DNA from: Oculina patagonica
Taxonomy: Eukaryota
Direction: 5' to 3'
Assembly: GCF_052425735.1 (NCBI RefSeq)
Contig: NC_135761.1
Coordinates: 62,496,001-62,560,000, forward strand
Length of the DNA: 64,000 bases
The notes below the pieces were generated by a model, which had not been told where the DNA came from, did no database searches, and saw only the letters and a program-made list of their open reading frames with translations. Position 1 is the stretch's first letter. The number at the start of each line of letters is the position of its first letter. The position numbers were made by a program, and so were the translations under genes. Below are positions 12,779 to 24,528 of the stretch, piece after piece.

Positions 12779-15678
12779 CTTGAATTCCTTGTAAATCAGC
12801 CGAAGTTAAGTTTGGGAGTGGAGAGTTTTGATGATCTAATTAGAAATAAAAAGTATATGGTCAAACTAAAGCGAAATTAATCTGGACCGCGATTGCATAA
12901 GTCTATACAAACTTCTGGATGACAATTACTGCCTGATCAATATTTGCCATAAAAATCCTTCAACTAAATTAACAGCTAATGACGTCTTGAATCAAATCAA
13001 CAATTGATTATCGATTCCATGACTCTCTTTCGATTCTCTGTAGTCGTTGCAAGTTTACAGTGTCAAGTTGCTGTTGGTTTCTACCACAGATCTGTACGTG
13101 TGTATGTTTCAACAACTCTATTTAGGTATTATTCACTTTCAAGTATTTGCGTTATCGCATAATTTAATACTACGTATAAAAAAGAAAAAAAAATACCTTC
13201 AAATCCACAGAATGCTTGTCAGCTTGAAGCACTAGCAATGTTAACTTGTTGTCTGTTCTAAATCCAAGGAAACTACAGCAAGTTTTGGCAAGGTAACAAA
13301 ACTCTTGTAGAAACAAAACTTATGTTTATACAAATGAAAGCGACGGACTCAAGCGACCGTGAAGTGAACAGTGTATTGATCCGATGAGAAGAAGTACAAA
13401 ATATTTGCATACGCCTGCTAAGGAATTCGAGCGTGACCTTGAAAGAGAATAGAACTGAATAGTTCCAATTTTTCCGAATTTATAAACTACCTTCCGCTCT
13501 GAACGCAGAAATAGTAACATTATTCAACTGAATAGGCGTAAAAATGTTTTAGTGTTTGCTTGATACCTTATTGTTATGAGTGGTTTAACATGCAAGGCAA
13601 CAATCCAACTGAAAGACTATGTTGATTGCTCAGATCAATTCTCATTACATGACTGCTTGACAATGTATTGCGTCCCTATTAAAGATGTAAGGAGAAATTA
13701 GATCTTGATGACAATAGGGAATCATTTGAGGAGGAGAAGTTCAGCTCGCTCGATTGTCACATTTATTCAGATACAAGTATTATTTGTGTACATAATCAAG
13801 AAAAGCAGGCAGATTTTCGAGATTCTCGATCGCCAGAGTGAGTGCGCGAGTAGGTTGCAAAGAACGAGCCACGAGCTCTTATCCCACGCGAGTTCTTTCT
13901 CCCACGCGCGTGTTGCCCGTGACTCTCTATGATGCGCGTGGCAAGTATGGCGGGAAACAGACAGAACGTTGACCGACGGAGCATTTATAGCGGAAGACAT
14001 ATGAAAACTGTAGCGATGATGCGCTTTGTTCGTTTTTTTCGGTGCTTAAGTTTGGAAATCCATTGATGGCTCACTTAATTCTAAGATTCGTGCTTGTTTC
14101 AAAAATCTCTTAAAAGAATTGATTACCTCTAACTTCTGACTGGTATATTGATGTACTTTATTTTTCATTTTTTTGTGTGCACATCTATTATTTTTTTCCT
14201 TCTCTCTCTTTTTTCGTTCCTTGTGTGTGTGCTTGAATGAAAATCGTGTCTCTTTTTTTTATACTTTGTAACTTAATTGCAACTTCTTTTTCGCTTGGCC
14301 CAGCCACTTAGCTCGATCAGCCTTAGCTATTTCTAAGTGGCCGTGCTCTCTTTTTTTTTCACTGTAATTTTTTTCACGTTGTATGTATTAATCTTCATTC
14401 TAATTTCTGGACACGAAATAAAGATTTGTTGTTTGTTGACGCGATAGTTTATTGGCGGGATCCTTGGCAAACAAGAAGCTGCGAGGGACGTTGTACTGAA
14501 CGGCGGGTGGGCGTAGGCGAAGGCATAAAATAAGTCAAATTTTGCATTATTGACATCTTCAATATTCATGTACGATTTTAAAAAACTTCCATTTTTTACG
14601 ATTATAGTCTGAGTTACAGCCGGTCCCTGATTTAAGGAATATCTTTAGCTACTAATAACTTGGCTTTAAAGCTGGGATATCTTAGCAATGTCTCGAATCT
14701 TGTCTTGAATCCCGACATTTAGGACTGGATTATTTTACAGCCAAGAGTTACTTTCACTACATAAAAATATAATATTCACTATTCAATGATTTTGAAAATA
14801 ATAATTTATTGTTTTTGCGTAAGTTACACTGATTTTATACACAGAAGTCTACACACTTTTACAACAATTAATTTTTATCTTAAATACAGCACAATAACAA
14901 TACAACAAACAATGCTAAATATTAGCTCTTTCCTTAATTTTGCTTCAGTTGCGTCTTTCAAACTACCTAATTGATGAGTCAGCATAGCTGGCATAGCCTT
15001 TTTACGAGTTCGTGGCGGCCATTAATCACAACCCGCAGAGAGTCGTCTCTGGTTATCGCATCCTACGCTAGTACTGGCCAATAGCAGAAAGCGGTATCAA
15101 GACAGCTTACTGGAAAGCTAGCGAGCTAGAAACTGAAATTGCACGAATTTCTCTACCATTTTTATCACAAGATATCACGATATCCTGTGAAACATAAGTT
15201 TGCTATAACCAAAAAATTTCTTTTTATTATAACCGAATTGTCACCAACCAATTGAAAATAGAGCGGGAAAATTCACGTAGACCACGAGAGCTGCGTAGAC
15301 TAGCATCTCACTAGCTGGAAACTAAATCTCTGCTACTATTGGTCAGCACATAGTGCACACGCGCGGTTCTATAGCCATAGCTACCAAAACACATTGCATA
15401 TAGCCGTCCTATGATTGCGGTCTTTTGCAATTGAACTCCGAGAATGGAAGTTCTATCCTATTGCTGTCATAGTTTCAGGTTTATTACATCATTTTAGGTC
15501 AATAACATAGTTTACAGACCTATAAAAATTACATAGACTTAATTATAATTAATTATATACGACAACCGCTACACACAACACTGTTTAAGCAGCCTAGTCC
15601 CTTGGCGTGCTCGGCTCAAGGGAGTCTGGGCCTACGCGGTCACCGAACCAAGAGAGAACGCCTAGTGACTAGCTGATA

Positions 15679-16910
15679 TTTAACAATTATTCTTTGAAAT
15701 CGAGGTGAATATTCTGCCGCTATTCACCGAGATTTCAAAGAATGATTGTTCTAGTATATACACACGAAGTGATCTCAACAACAAGCGATCTCAAAGTTTT
15801 CAGAAGGAAACCATTTAAAGTCGATTTAATTGACCTCTCAATTCATGCGTGGAAAACGTACATATAAGCGGCACTAACCGACATGCGCGAAACAGTTTAC
15901 AGAATCTTCAAACATGGCAAATCTAGTTAATCTTCGATAAAATCCTCGTCACAATCTAGCAAAATGGTCCTTTAACACCACTCAAACCTGCAATCTGATC
16001 AAAAACCTGCTTGCAAAACATTTTGACCGTTGAATCAAAGCTTTTGAAGTTCACTTGAATTGAAAATTGAAAGAGCAGTTGGCGAAGGATCCACCTGAAA
16101 GTTTGGATTATAAGCTTACTGAATGTCTGCAGAACTGTGGTGAAAACTGGATGTTTTCTTGCACAAAGACTTCTTCCTGAATATTTGTGGAGGATCTTGG
16201 TTGAATAACACTTGATGTTGCTGCCGATAAATCTGCGGTATTCATTTCTGCCGATGCCGTGCGAAGACCGACTTGACGGTAAGCAATTGTTTATCGTTTT
16301 AGTACTCGAGTTGTGTGGACATTGTGCTGCAAATTGCGAAATATGTAGTCTTCTCTTACTTTGAAAACCATCAGGCCAAATTTCTTAGCCTTTTTTTGTC
16401 TTTTCTGGTTCAGCATCTTCTTGTATTCTTAGTATTTGCGATTCAGAAACGCCGGCGAAACGCGAGTTTACGCCGGCCATTTTGTTTCAGTTTGGATCAA
16501 GCATTATTCACTCCGTAGGGAGTGAATAATTAACAATTATCCTGCGAAATCGCGCGGAATATCGCCTGATACTTAGCCGACGAGGCCGTAGGCCGAGTTG
16601 GCTAAAATCAGACGATATTCCGCAAGATTGAGCAGGATAATTGTTTTATTATTCAACAAATTGTCAACGAAACACATTTTGCAGAAAGAAAAACTGTAAT
16701 TATGGACCGCTTTACAAGATTTCGGACGAATCTTCGCAACCTACGTATATCGCAGGATATCTGTTATGTACGGATGACAGATATCGTGAACATTTTGACC
16801 ATATTTGGGCAGCGCGCGCATGTGTTGAATAATAATGTTCATTAGCCCGAGATAGCGAACCAATCAGATTGCTTGAAACACCAAGATCACTGAGTGTGTA
16901 TATACTAATT
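15679..16910. mobile_element. Two nested hairpin-headed (Crypton-like) elements
   Basis: Outer: TTAACAATT...ATTGTT hairpin plus TAGTATATACAC, partner GTGTATATACTA at ~16896-16908. Inner (~16530-16835): TAACAATTATCCTG...CAGGATAATTGTT hairpin plus TTATTATTCAACA, partner TGTTGAATAATAA. Confidence 0.55.
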
Positions 16911-18215
16911 ACTGAATATATAGCTATAACTTAACTCCCCTTACGATTATTTTAAAGCCCTCTGAATTGTTTATGTATTCCACACTACATAATGAAAATA
17001 GCTCACATTTACGTGACATTTGTCGGACCGAGGAAAACTAGTTTAAAGGGAGAAATTATGAATGCATACATAAATCCTCACATTGCTAGGTATAACTTGG
17101 AAAGCAAATCGTACTTAAACGACTAAAGTATATTATAGCTCGATATTTGCCTTGCTTAATTTAGTTACCTTATACTACCTTGAATTCCTTAAAAACTAGA
17201 CATGGCCCATGCCTGGTCAAATAAAAATCAATGTCTTTACAAGATACACTTTACATGGATTTTCAAAAATAAATGGCTAATAACTTAATTATATTTCGCT
17301 TTTGGCAGTCACGAATTTGCTGTATATTTGTTATGTATATTTCCTCAAAAATGATATTATAGACATCAAAACGTTAAAATAAGAATGATATTTCTAAACT
17401 TAAAAGAATTTGTAAAAAAAAACGTGCAAATTAAATCTATTTATACTATTCAAACAAGAAGCGGCATTTTACAAGACCAAGACCCATTGTCCCATTTACT
17501 GGAACTAAACAAACGCCAAAAAATTTAAAGCATAAATAACAAAGATCGGCGGCGCGGACCTTGGTCTACAAAGCGCTTTACGAAAACAAATGAACAAACT
17601 ATTAAATCTATCTTTTTCACTTGCCAGTTTTATTTTTTATTATTTTAACTTTTAACTTTTTTGTATTTTTGTGTCCTCGTCATTTTTTCTAACTTCATTG
17701 ATTTATTTTGGTGAGGCGCTATTGATAAAACAAAATTAAATTGTTTATCCCTAGTAATCCGCTTTCCCCATGTTCACCGAGCGTGTCAGTTCTAGATGAC
17801 ATTGGATGTCTTGGGGACATTTACTGCCTCATTTATTTCAAACATTTTTGTATACGTTATACTCACTTTCTTTCTTTGCTTGTTTTGTTTTCTTCCTTAT
17901 TCTTTTTGCTTTGCATTTTTTTATGGGGAAAGAGGGTCGGGGTCTATACATAAGAAGTTCCGTCCAGTTAAGCAAAACACAGTCTCAAAAGTAACAACTT
18001 GCATTGCTTTTGTAAGCAATGGACATAAACAGATGACTAATGTGGCTTGGGTGCAACATACCTACTTTCCTTCCGCTCCCCCTCACCATCCCCTTCTCCT
18101 CCCCATCCAACACAGCTCCCCTCCCCTCCCCTCCCCTTCCCCCACTATGATGCCGGAACAAGCAAACAAACTAACAAATAAACAAAACAAAACAAAAATT
18201 TGTTCCACCGTCTCA

Positions 18216-19872
18216 CTAGCAGCACAAGCATCCCCCTTTTGAGCCCTCTGCTTTCTCCTTCCTCTCGCAAGGAAGGCAAACGGCGCAAAGGCATTTGCCA
18301 CAAAAATACCAATAAAGGAAGGTCAACAAGAAAATGATACCCCAAAAGAACAAGCCAAACGTCCAAATGGTCTCTGCTATGGTTCCCATCTCTTCCTTCA
18401 TCTGCGGCGCCACTTCAAACAGGCGATTAAGGGCCACTCCCATGGCAGGGGCTAAGGTCAGCACACAGTAAAGGAACCCAGCTGGGAGCACTACACAGAC
18501 GCGGAGCGGGTAACAGGCCCAACAGAATGGGTTCCCGATCCATGCATACAGTGGCAAGATTCCTGGTGATGAGAACGATGATGAACAATTAATTTAACTT
18601 GTTTTACTTCACAAGCTATCTACAAGCGAGAAGGCAGTCTTCCTAGAGGATATTTTAGGGTCTGCAGAGAGCAGAAATTCATCCCGTAGAATTCTTAGAT
18701 TATCGACAACAAAGTTGTCCGTTCAGTATTAAACATCTTGCAGTGACGTACTATTAAACAAGCAAATGGGATGGTATGAATGCCAGTTGTCAAAAAAAAT
18801 ATTAATTTGACCATCTGTTGATTAACCAGTCAACCAAAAGGTGTTTCAACGATTTTACGAACACTAAATTTCGTGCAAAAAAATAGTAGTTAGTAATCGG
18901 TCAAAATTTCAAGGAAAATTTTTGGTTCCTAGATGGTACGCATAACAAAAACTGAAGAATTGGATTTTCACAAACTTAATTTGGCTTTTACTTACTGTTT
19001 GTATTTTATGCCAAACGTTTAATATTTTCGCTTTCTCTGTATGTAATTTTTCCTGGATTTACACATTTTCCTCTAAAAACTTCAAATTCAAGCAATTACA
19101 TGTAAAAGGCATTAAAGTAAAGTCTAAACTTACCCTTATAGATGCTGACAATGGCTATAGAGCCGAGCAGAAGCCCTAACCACAACTCACAGTTGATCAG
19201 CGCCTGCGGTTCAAGGGGCACCTCGTCTGGTGTTTTGGCGCACTCCCAGCAGTTGATACCACCAGCTCCCCACATCTGCGCGCATAGCTCGACTGCCAGA
19301 CATGACATGGGCACGTCATGAATCAGCGTTTCTACCAAAAGAAACAGCGTATGAATCTGTAGAATCTTCTGGTAATAAGGCGCAGCGTCGCTGACCATGT
19401 TCTCGAAGTTTTCATCTCCCCAGTGCTTGCATGTGTTCGGGAACAGCACCACAATATGGACAACGTATATCCCGCCCGAGAGGCAAATAAAGAAGAAGAA
19501 AACGCCTTCAAGGAGCTCCAGCGTTGCCGCCTTCTCGCCTAGCAACGCCTGGGTAGCGTTTGGCGTCGCGACGCAATACGGGCGCGTGAAGTTTGTGTCG
19601 TTGCTCAAGGGTTGCAGCGTCGCGGTTGAGAGCTCGTCACAGCGAGCATACGTTGCAGACGTTTCCAGGAAAACGCCGACATCAGTGCCAATGTTGAAAC
19701 CTTGGAACAAGGCGTAGAGAATGATTTGGCAGAGGAATCCACAACCAGGGGAAACAGCATTACAGAAGCAACGGCAGATGCCGCGGCAAATTGCCATGCA
19801 ACTTTTCCCAAGGCATTTGCAGCAATTTGAAAGAAACGACTGGATGCAGCTACAAAGACACGAGCAACACAT
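18216..19872 (-). CDS. Uncharacterised Cys-rich multipass membrane protein B, two exons, ~361 aa
   Basis: Exon 1 19872-19134 (YK G|GTAAG), exon 2 18562-18216 (CCAG|GA ATC); in frame. Shares QGxN..D.G.F, ET..HD.P.SCLAVEL, NCWECA and YKGILPLY.WIGNPFCW.CYPLR with paralog A. Confidence 0.85.
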
Positions 19873-22067
19873 TACGGCAGTTTGTTATTTACTCAGTTCA
19901 CAGATGTAATCCACCTGAATATAATATTTCAACTGTTAAGTGTTATTGCTATGCGTTTTTCCTTCGGTTAAGTCTTAAACCAGGCCCTTTGACTGTATTT
20001 CTCAGTTAAATGTTGTCTTCCGAAGGCTCTCTTTGAAATTGTTAGCGAAGATTTCGTCGAAACTTCTGCACACTGTCGATGACCTTATGCCTCAGATGAA
20101 ACAAGATGGCCGCCGTAGGGCTGTCACAACTCGTCGCGAGATTTGTTGTAGGATTTACTTCGATTTGCGAAAAGGCTGAAAGAATGATCGATATAGGCTT
20201 TGTTTCCCAAATTTCTCCTTCAATGAAGCCAGATACTTTGTTACAATCTCAAAACAAAGTATTCAATCCAATGTTTCTTTAATCAAATAAACCATGGTCG
20301 CTTTTTTTTCCTTCGGCAGTTTTCATGAAGTTGACCCGTCGGTTTCTTGGCGAGTAACCACGCTGCTGACTCTTGAATACGCCTTTTAAAATTTTCTTTC
20401 GGCTACCTTCGTTTCTTTTTAAGATCCAGTCGTGATTTTGATTAAATTTGTCGATACACAAGTCGTGTGTTTTAAGTTTTCCTTGACAATCTTGATCCCG
20501 GCGAAATTTGCATTTATCCTCTGGCCAACATACACTTGACAATCGCCAGCTGCAATGGCAAGACAAGCGAAATAAAAATTAGTTTAGAGATTTAAACGAA
20601 AATTTCGTGAAAAAGTAAAGTAAAGAGCGTATTTAAACTTTTACACAAACCTTTCTGGGAGCTCGTTCGAATTTTCGAACAGAAGGACGCAAAAAACTTC
20701 GATGTTTGTTAATATTTAATGACAATGGCTTTTATACCGAGCTGTCAAACGGAGATGGAAGCTAGCCTTATGAATAAGACATTGAGGGAAATTGTGTACG
20801 CGCTGATTATGGTCTTGTGGAGATTAAATAAACAAATCTAAGTAAAGAGAGAGTTTTCAAATTAACCAGTGATTCCTGAAAAATTCAGGGTTTAAACCGA
20901 AAGATTTGGCTGGGTTCGTTTAAAGGAATTGGCGATATTTTTCAAGAACCGCAAAAACGTTTTCTTGCCTATCAGCAAGCGAAATTTCGTCTTATTCAAT
21001 AAAAATCCATACAATGATCCTATGCTAATTTATTCAAAGCGTATTTACGTAAACACAAACTGCCGAAGATTATAAAAGGAAGCACTTTATAAGCAACAAA
21101 TGCTGTGTTTTGAAGGGGTTCCAGTGTAAAGTAAGATTTCAATTCAAATGGGCGATTTTCATAAGGTAATCGTTTCAATGTTCAATCGTCAAAATTTGAT
21201 GGCTAAAAAAAAAGAGATTTTACACAGATTTTTATCTATGGGATTCTTATTCAGAAATGGCAAAGTAAATTTACGATCCGTTTAAGCGCGCTCACTTTTT
21301 TTCGTGCTTGAATGTATACGGCCGGGCTTGAATGTATACGGCCGGAAAAACACAAAATTAACAATACAGTATTCCAACAAATAAAGTTATCTTGCATCAA
21401 CAACTAAGTGTATTATAGACTACATTTATGATTTCCAATCTATTTTTATACATACATAAAAAAATTAATTATACAAACATTGGTTATCATCTTTTTTGCA
21501 TTTTAGATTATCTACTGTTTCTCCGCCATTCTGACGTCAAAACTTATGGGAACTGCCGGTTGACATCGAATAAACAAATACCTCAGTATTCTCAACGTAT
21601 AGCCGGATTGTAATCGATATACGCTACATGATAGTGCGAGGCCGGTTTGCCCATGAAATAAACTTGACACCCTGGACAAAAATAAATCAACAAGGAACAA
21701 AATAAAACATATGTTACCGGTCTAAATGACTGAAGCAAAAAAAAAAATTAAATTACAAATTTAAGATAGATTGTCGACACCTTAAGCTTGCCAAAGAAGA
21801 TTGGAACAAATGGCAAATTGAGAACTTTTATAAAGCTTGGATCTTATTGTTCAAATATCAAGTCCAACTAATATGCATAGAGGATGTTACGCGTTGGTTG
21901 AAGATATGAATTTTATTTTCGAGTGGAAAAACAATATTTTACTAATAATCGCAGCGAATAAGTAAAATATTGTTTTTAACACGAGAAAATAAAATTAATC
22001 TTTAACCTACGTACAGTTTTCGTTTTTAATTATATAGAAAAAAAAAATCACAAATTGGGATTAACTG

Positions 22068-22567
22068 NNNNNNNNNNNNNNNNNNNNNNNNNNNNNNNNN
22101 NNNNNNNNNNNNNNNNNNNNNNNNNNNNNNNNNNNNNNNNNNNNNNNNNNNNNNNNNNNNNNNNNNNNNNNNNNNNNNNNNNNNNNNNNNNNNNNNNNNN
22201 NNNNNNNNNNNNNNNNNNNNNNNNNNNNNNNNNNNNNNNNNNNNNNNNNNNNNNNNNNNNNNNNNNNNNNNNNNNNNNNNNNNNNNNNNNNNNNNNNNNN
22301 NNNNNNNNNNNNNNNNNNNNNNNNNNNNNNNNNNNNNNNNNNNNNNNNNNNNNNNNNNNNNNNNNNNNNNNNNNNNNNNNNNNNNNNNNNNNNNNNNNNN
22401 NNNNNNNNNNNNNNNNNNNNNNNNNNNNNNNNNNNNNNNNNNNNNNNNNNNNNNNNNNNNNNNNNNNNNNNNNNNNNNNNNNNNNNNNNNNNNNNNNNNN
22501 NNNNNNNNNNNNNNNNNNNNNNNNNNNNNNNNNNNNNNNNNNNNNNNNNNNNNNNNNNNNNNNNNNN
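22068..22567. other. Assembly gap (500 N)
   Basis: Run of N. Confidence 1.
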
Positions 22568-23064
22568 GGGGGGGAATCCCCCCCCCCGGTCTGAATAGGG
22601 TTAAACTACTATGTATGATGTATCATCACACAAAAAAGTCGCAGCTATTTGAATGATCGCGATATCATGGATCTCAAAAACTGTCACAAGAAAAGTTATT
22701 TTTATGGTATTTTATAATTTTCAGACGTGATATTAAGTGAAAGCGAATGATATTAAAATGTGCAATTTTATTGCCGCTACATTATTGTCTAAAGATGAAC
22801 ACTGTAATTTTTTCATTTTTGGGCGAAGCCATTTTTGGGCAAAACATTTCTTTCTGCCTGCTGCATCCAAACTGTTTTTATAATCTGTCAGTTTCCTGGT
22901 GTTTTAATGAAAAAAAAAAAAAAATTAAATTTTGTATGAAAATTACTAACTGTTTTGGTCTAGAAGAGAAAAAATCCTTTAAATTGCAATTTTTGTTATA
23001 GATGAGTCTTCTGTAATAGGAACGAAATTTGGGTTTCTGATCATTTTTGTTTTTAATCTTACAG

Positions 23065-23867
23065 GGGTAATAGATATACATGGTGCTACTGGGGGACTTG
23101 TGGAATTCAAGGCTTCCCTTCTGGCATCTCATGGATTTGCTGCTCTTGCATTGGCTTATGCGGATTATGAAGATCTTCCCGCGTCTCCATCATTTACAGA
23201 CATGGACTACTTTGAGGAGGCAGCCAATTGGTTCAGCAATCATCCTAAAGTCTTGCCGCATGGTATTGCCATTCACGGCATTAGCTATGGTTCATGGATT
23301 GCTTTATTAATGGCAAGTCTTAAAATGGATGCAATCAAAGCTATTGTGGCCATTTCACCAATGGTTACAGCTTTTCCAATACCCTTTAAATACAAAGGGA
23401 GGGTATCAGAGGTTATTCGTTTGACTAAGAAAAAAACTACAGAACAAGGTCGCATCTGGCGTGATGGTTTCCCAACACTCACTGATCACAGTTCCTCAGG
23501 TTCTAAATACTCAGCTATAACACCAGTCGAGAACATTTCTTGTCCTGTTCTACTAGTCTTTGGAACTGGTGACCTTGCCCTAAATGCTGACTTTCAAGTC
23601 AAACTGATATTGAGTTGCATGAAAAAGCAAGGTAGGGAACATCTGTGCTCTATTTTACGTTATCCTGAGGCAGGACATCTCATTGAGCCACCATACTCAC
23701 CACACTGCTATGCCTCGTTTATCAAAAAAATTGTGGAATGGACAGGTGATTCCTATCTGGTGTGGGGAGGGGAGATGAATGCTCACGCCAGAGCTCAAGA
23801 GGACTCCTGGACAAAAATCTTAAGTTTTCTGAGAAAAAATCTTCAGGAAATTAAGTGTAATTTGTAA
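23065..23867 (+). CDS. ACOT/BAAT-like catalytic exon 2, most likely of paralog 2 (joins 4116-4608; ~431 aa in total)
   Basis: Acceptor TTACAG|GG GTA is phase-compatible with the donor at 4609. Motifs GISYG, GTGD, YPEAGHLIEPPY; C-terminus CNL. No other unpaired exon 1 is visible upstream. Confidence 0.88.
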
Positions 23868-24528
23868 AATATAGCAAGTAACCTTCTGACTTAGTAACCT
23901 GATTTATTTATAGGGTTATATATGCTTCTATATACTTATATATGCTTCTGTAATTTTTATAGTCACAATTACTTGCGAAAGTCACGTTTCTGACTATTTT
24001 TTCTTATTTTACAGTGAGAATTGGTCTATATCTATTTTACAGAAAGAAAGTTATTAATCAATTCAAAACAAAACTAAAATAAATGGCACACAATGTACAT
24101 TGTATGTAGAAGCAATGACATTTCACATGGGAGTCTTAATACTTTTTAGGACATTTGTCAAAAAATTAACGTACACTGACAACTTGTGCGTGAAATGACT
24201 GTTATCCAACTGCATCTTACATGTTTTGACATCAGACGCAATGTTAGTGAGTGCATAAATCATCATTGACTTTGTTATGATCTGCTGGAAATTAATGTGA
24301 TACAGTGATGGGGTTGCAAATATGAAAATAGTACATTTTTTCATATATTTGTTCAATTGAACAGTGATATTTTATTTTACTTTTTATTTTTTCATTTAAT
24401 TATTGTAGCATGACATCTGATAAACAATATGCGATACATGCATTCTAATTTATTTGTTCCCACATGGCTTTCCATTTGCACAACACTGAATAAAAGTCGC
24501 ATTAACTGCCAATGTTTATAAATTAAAG

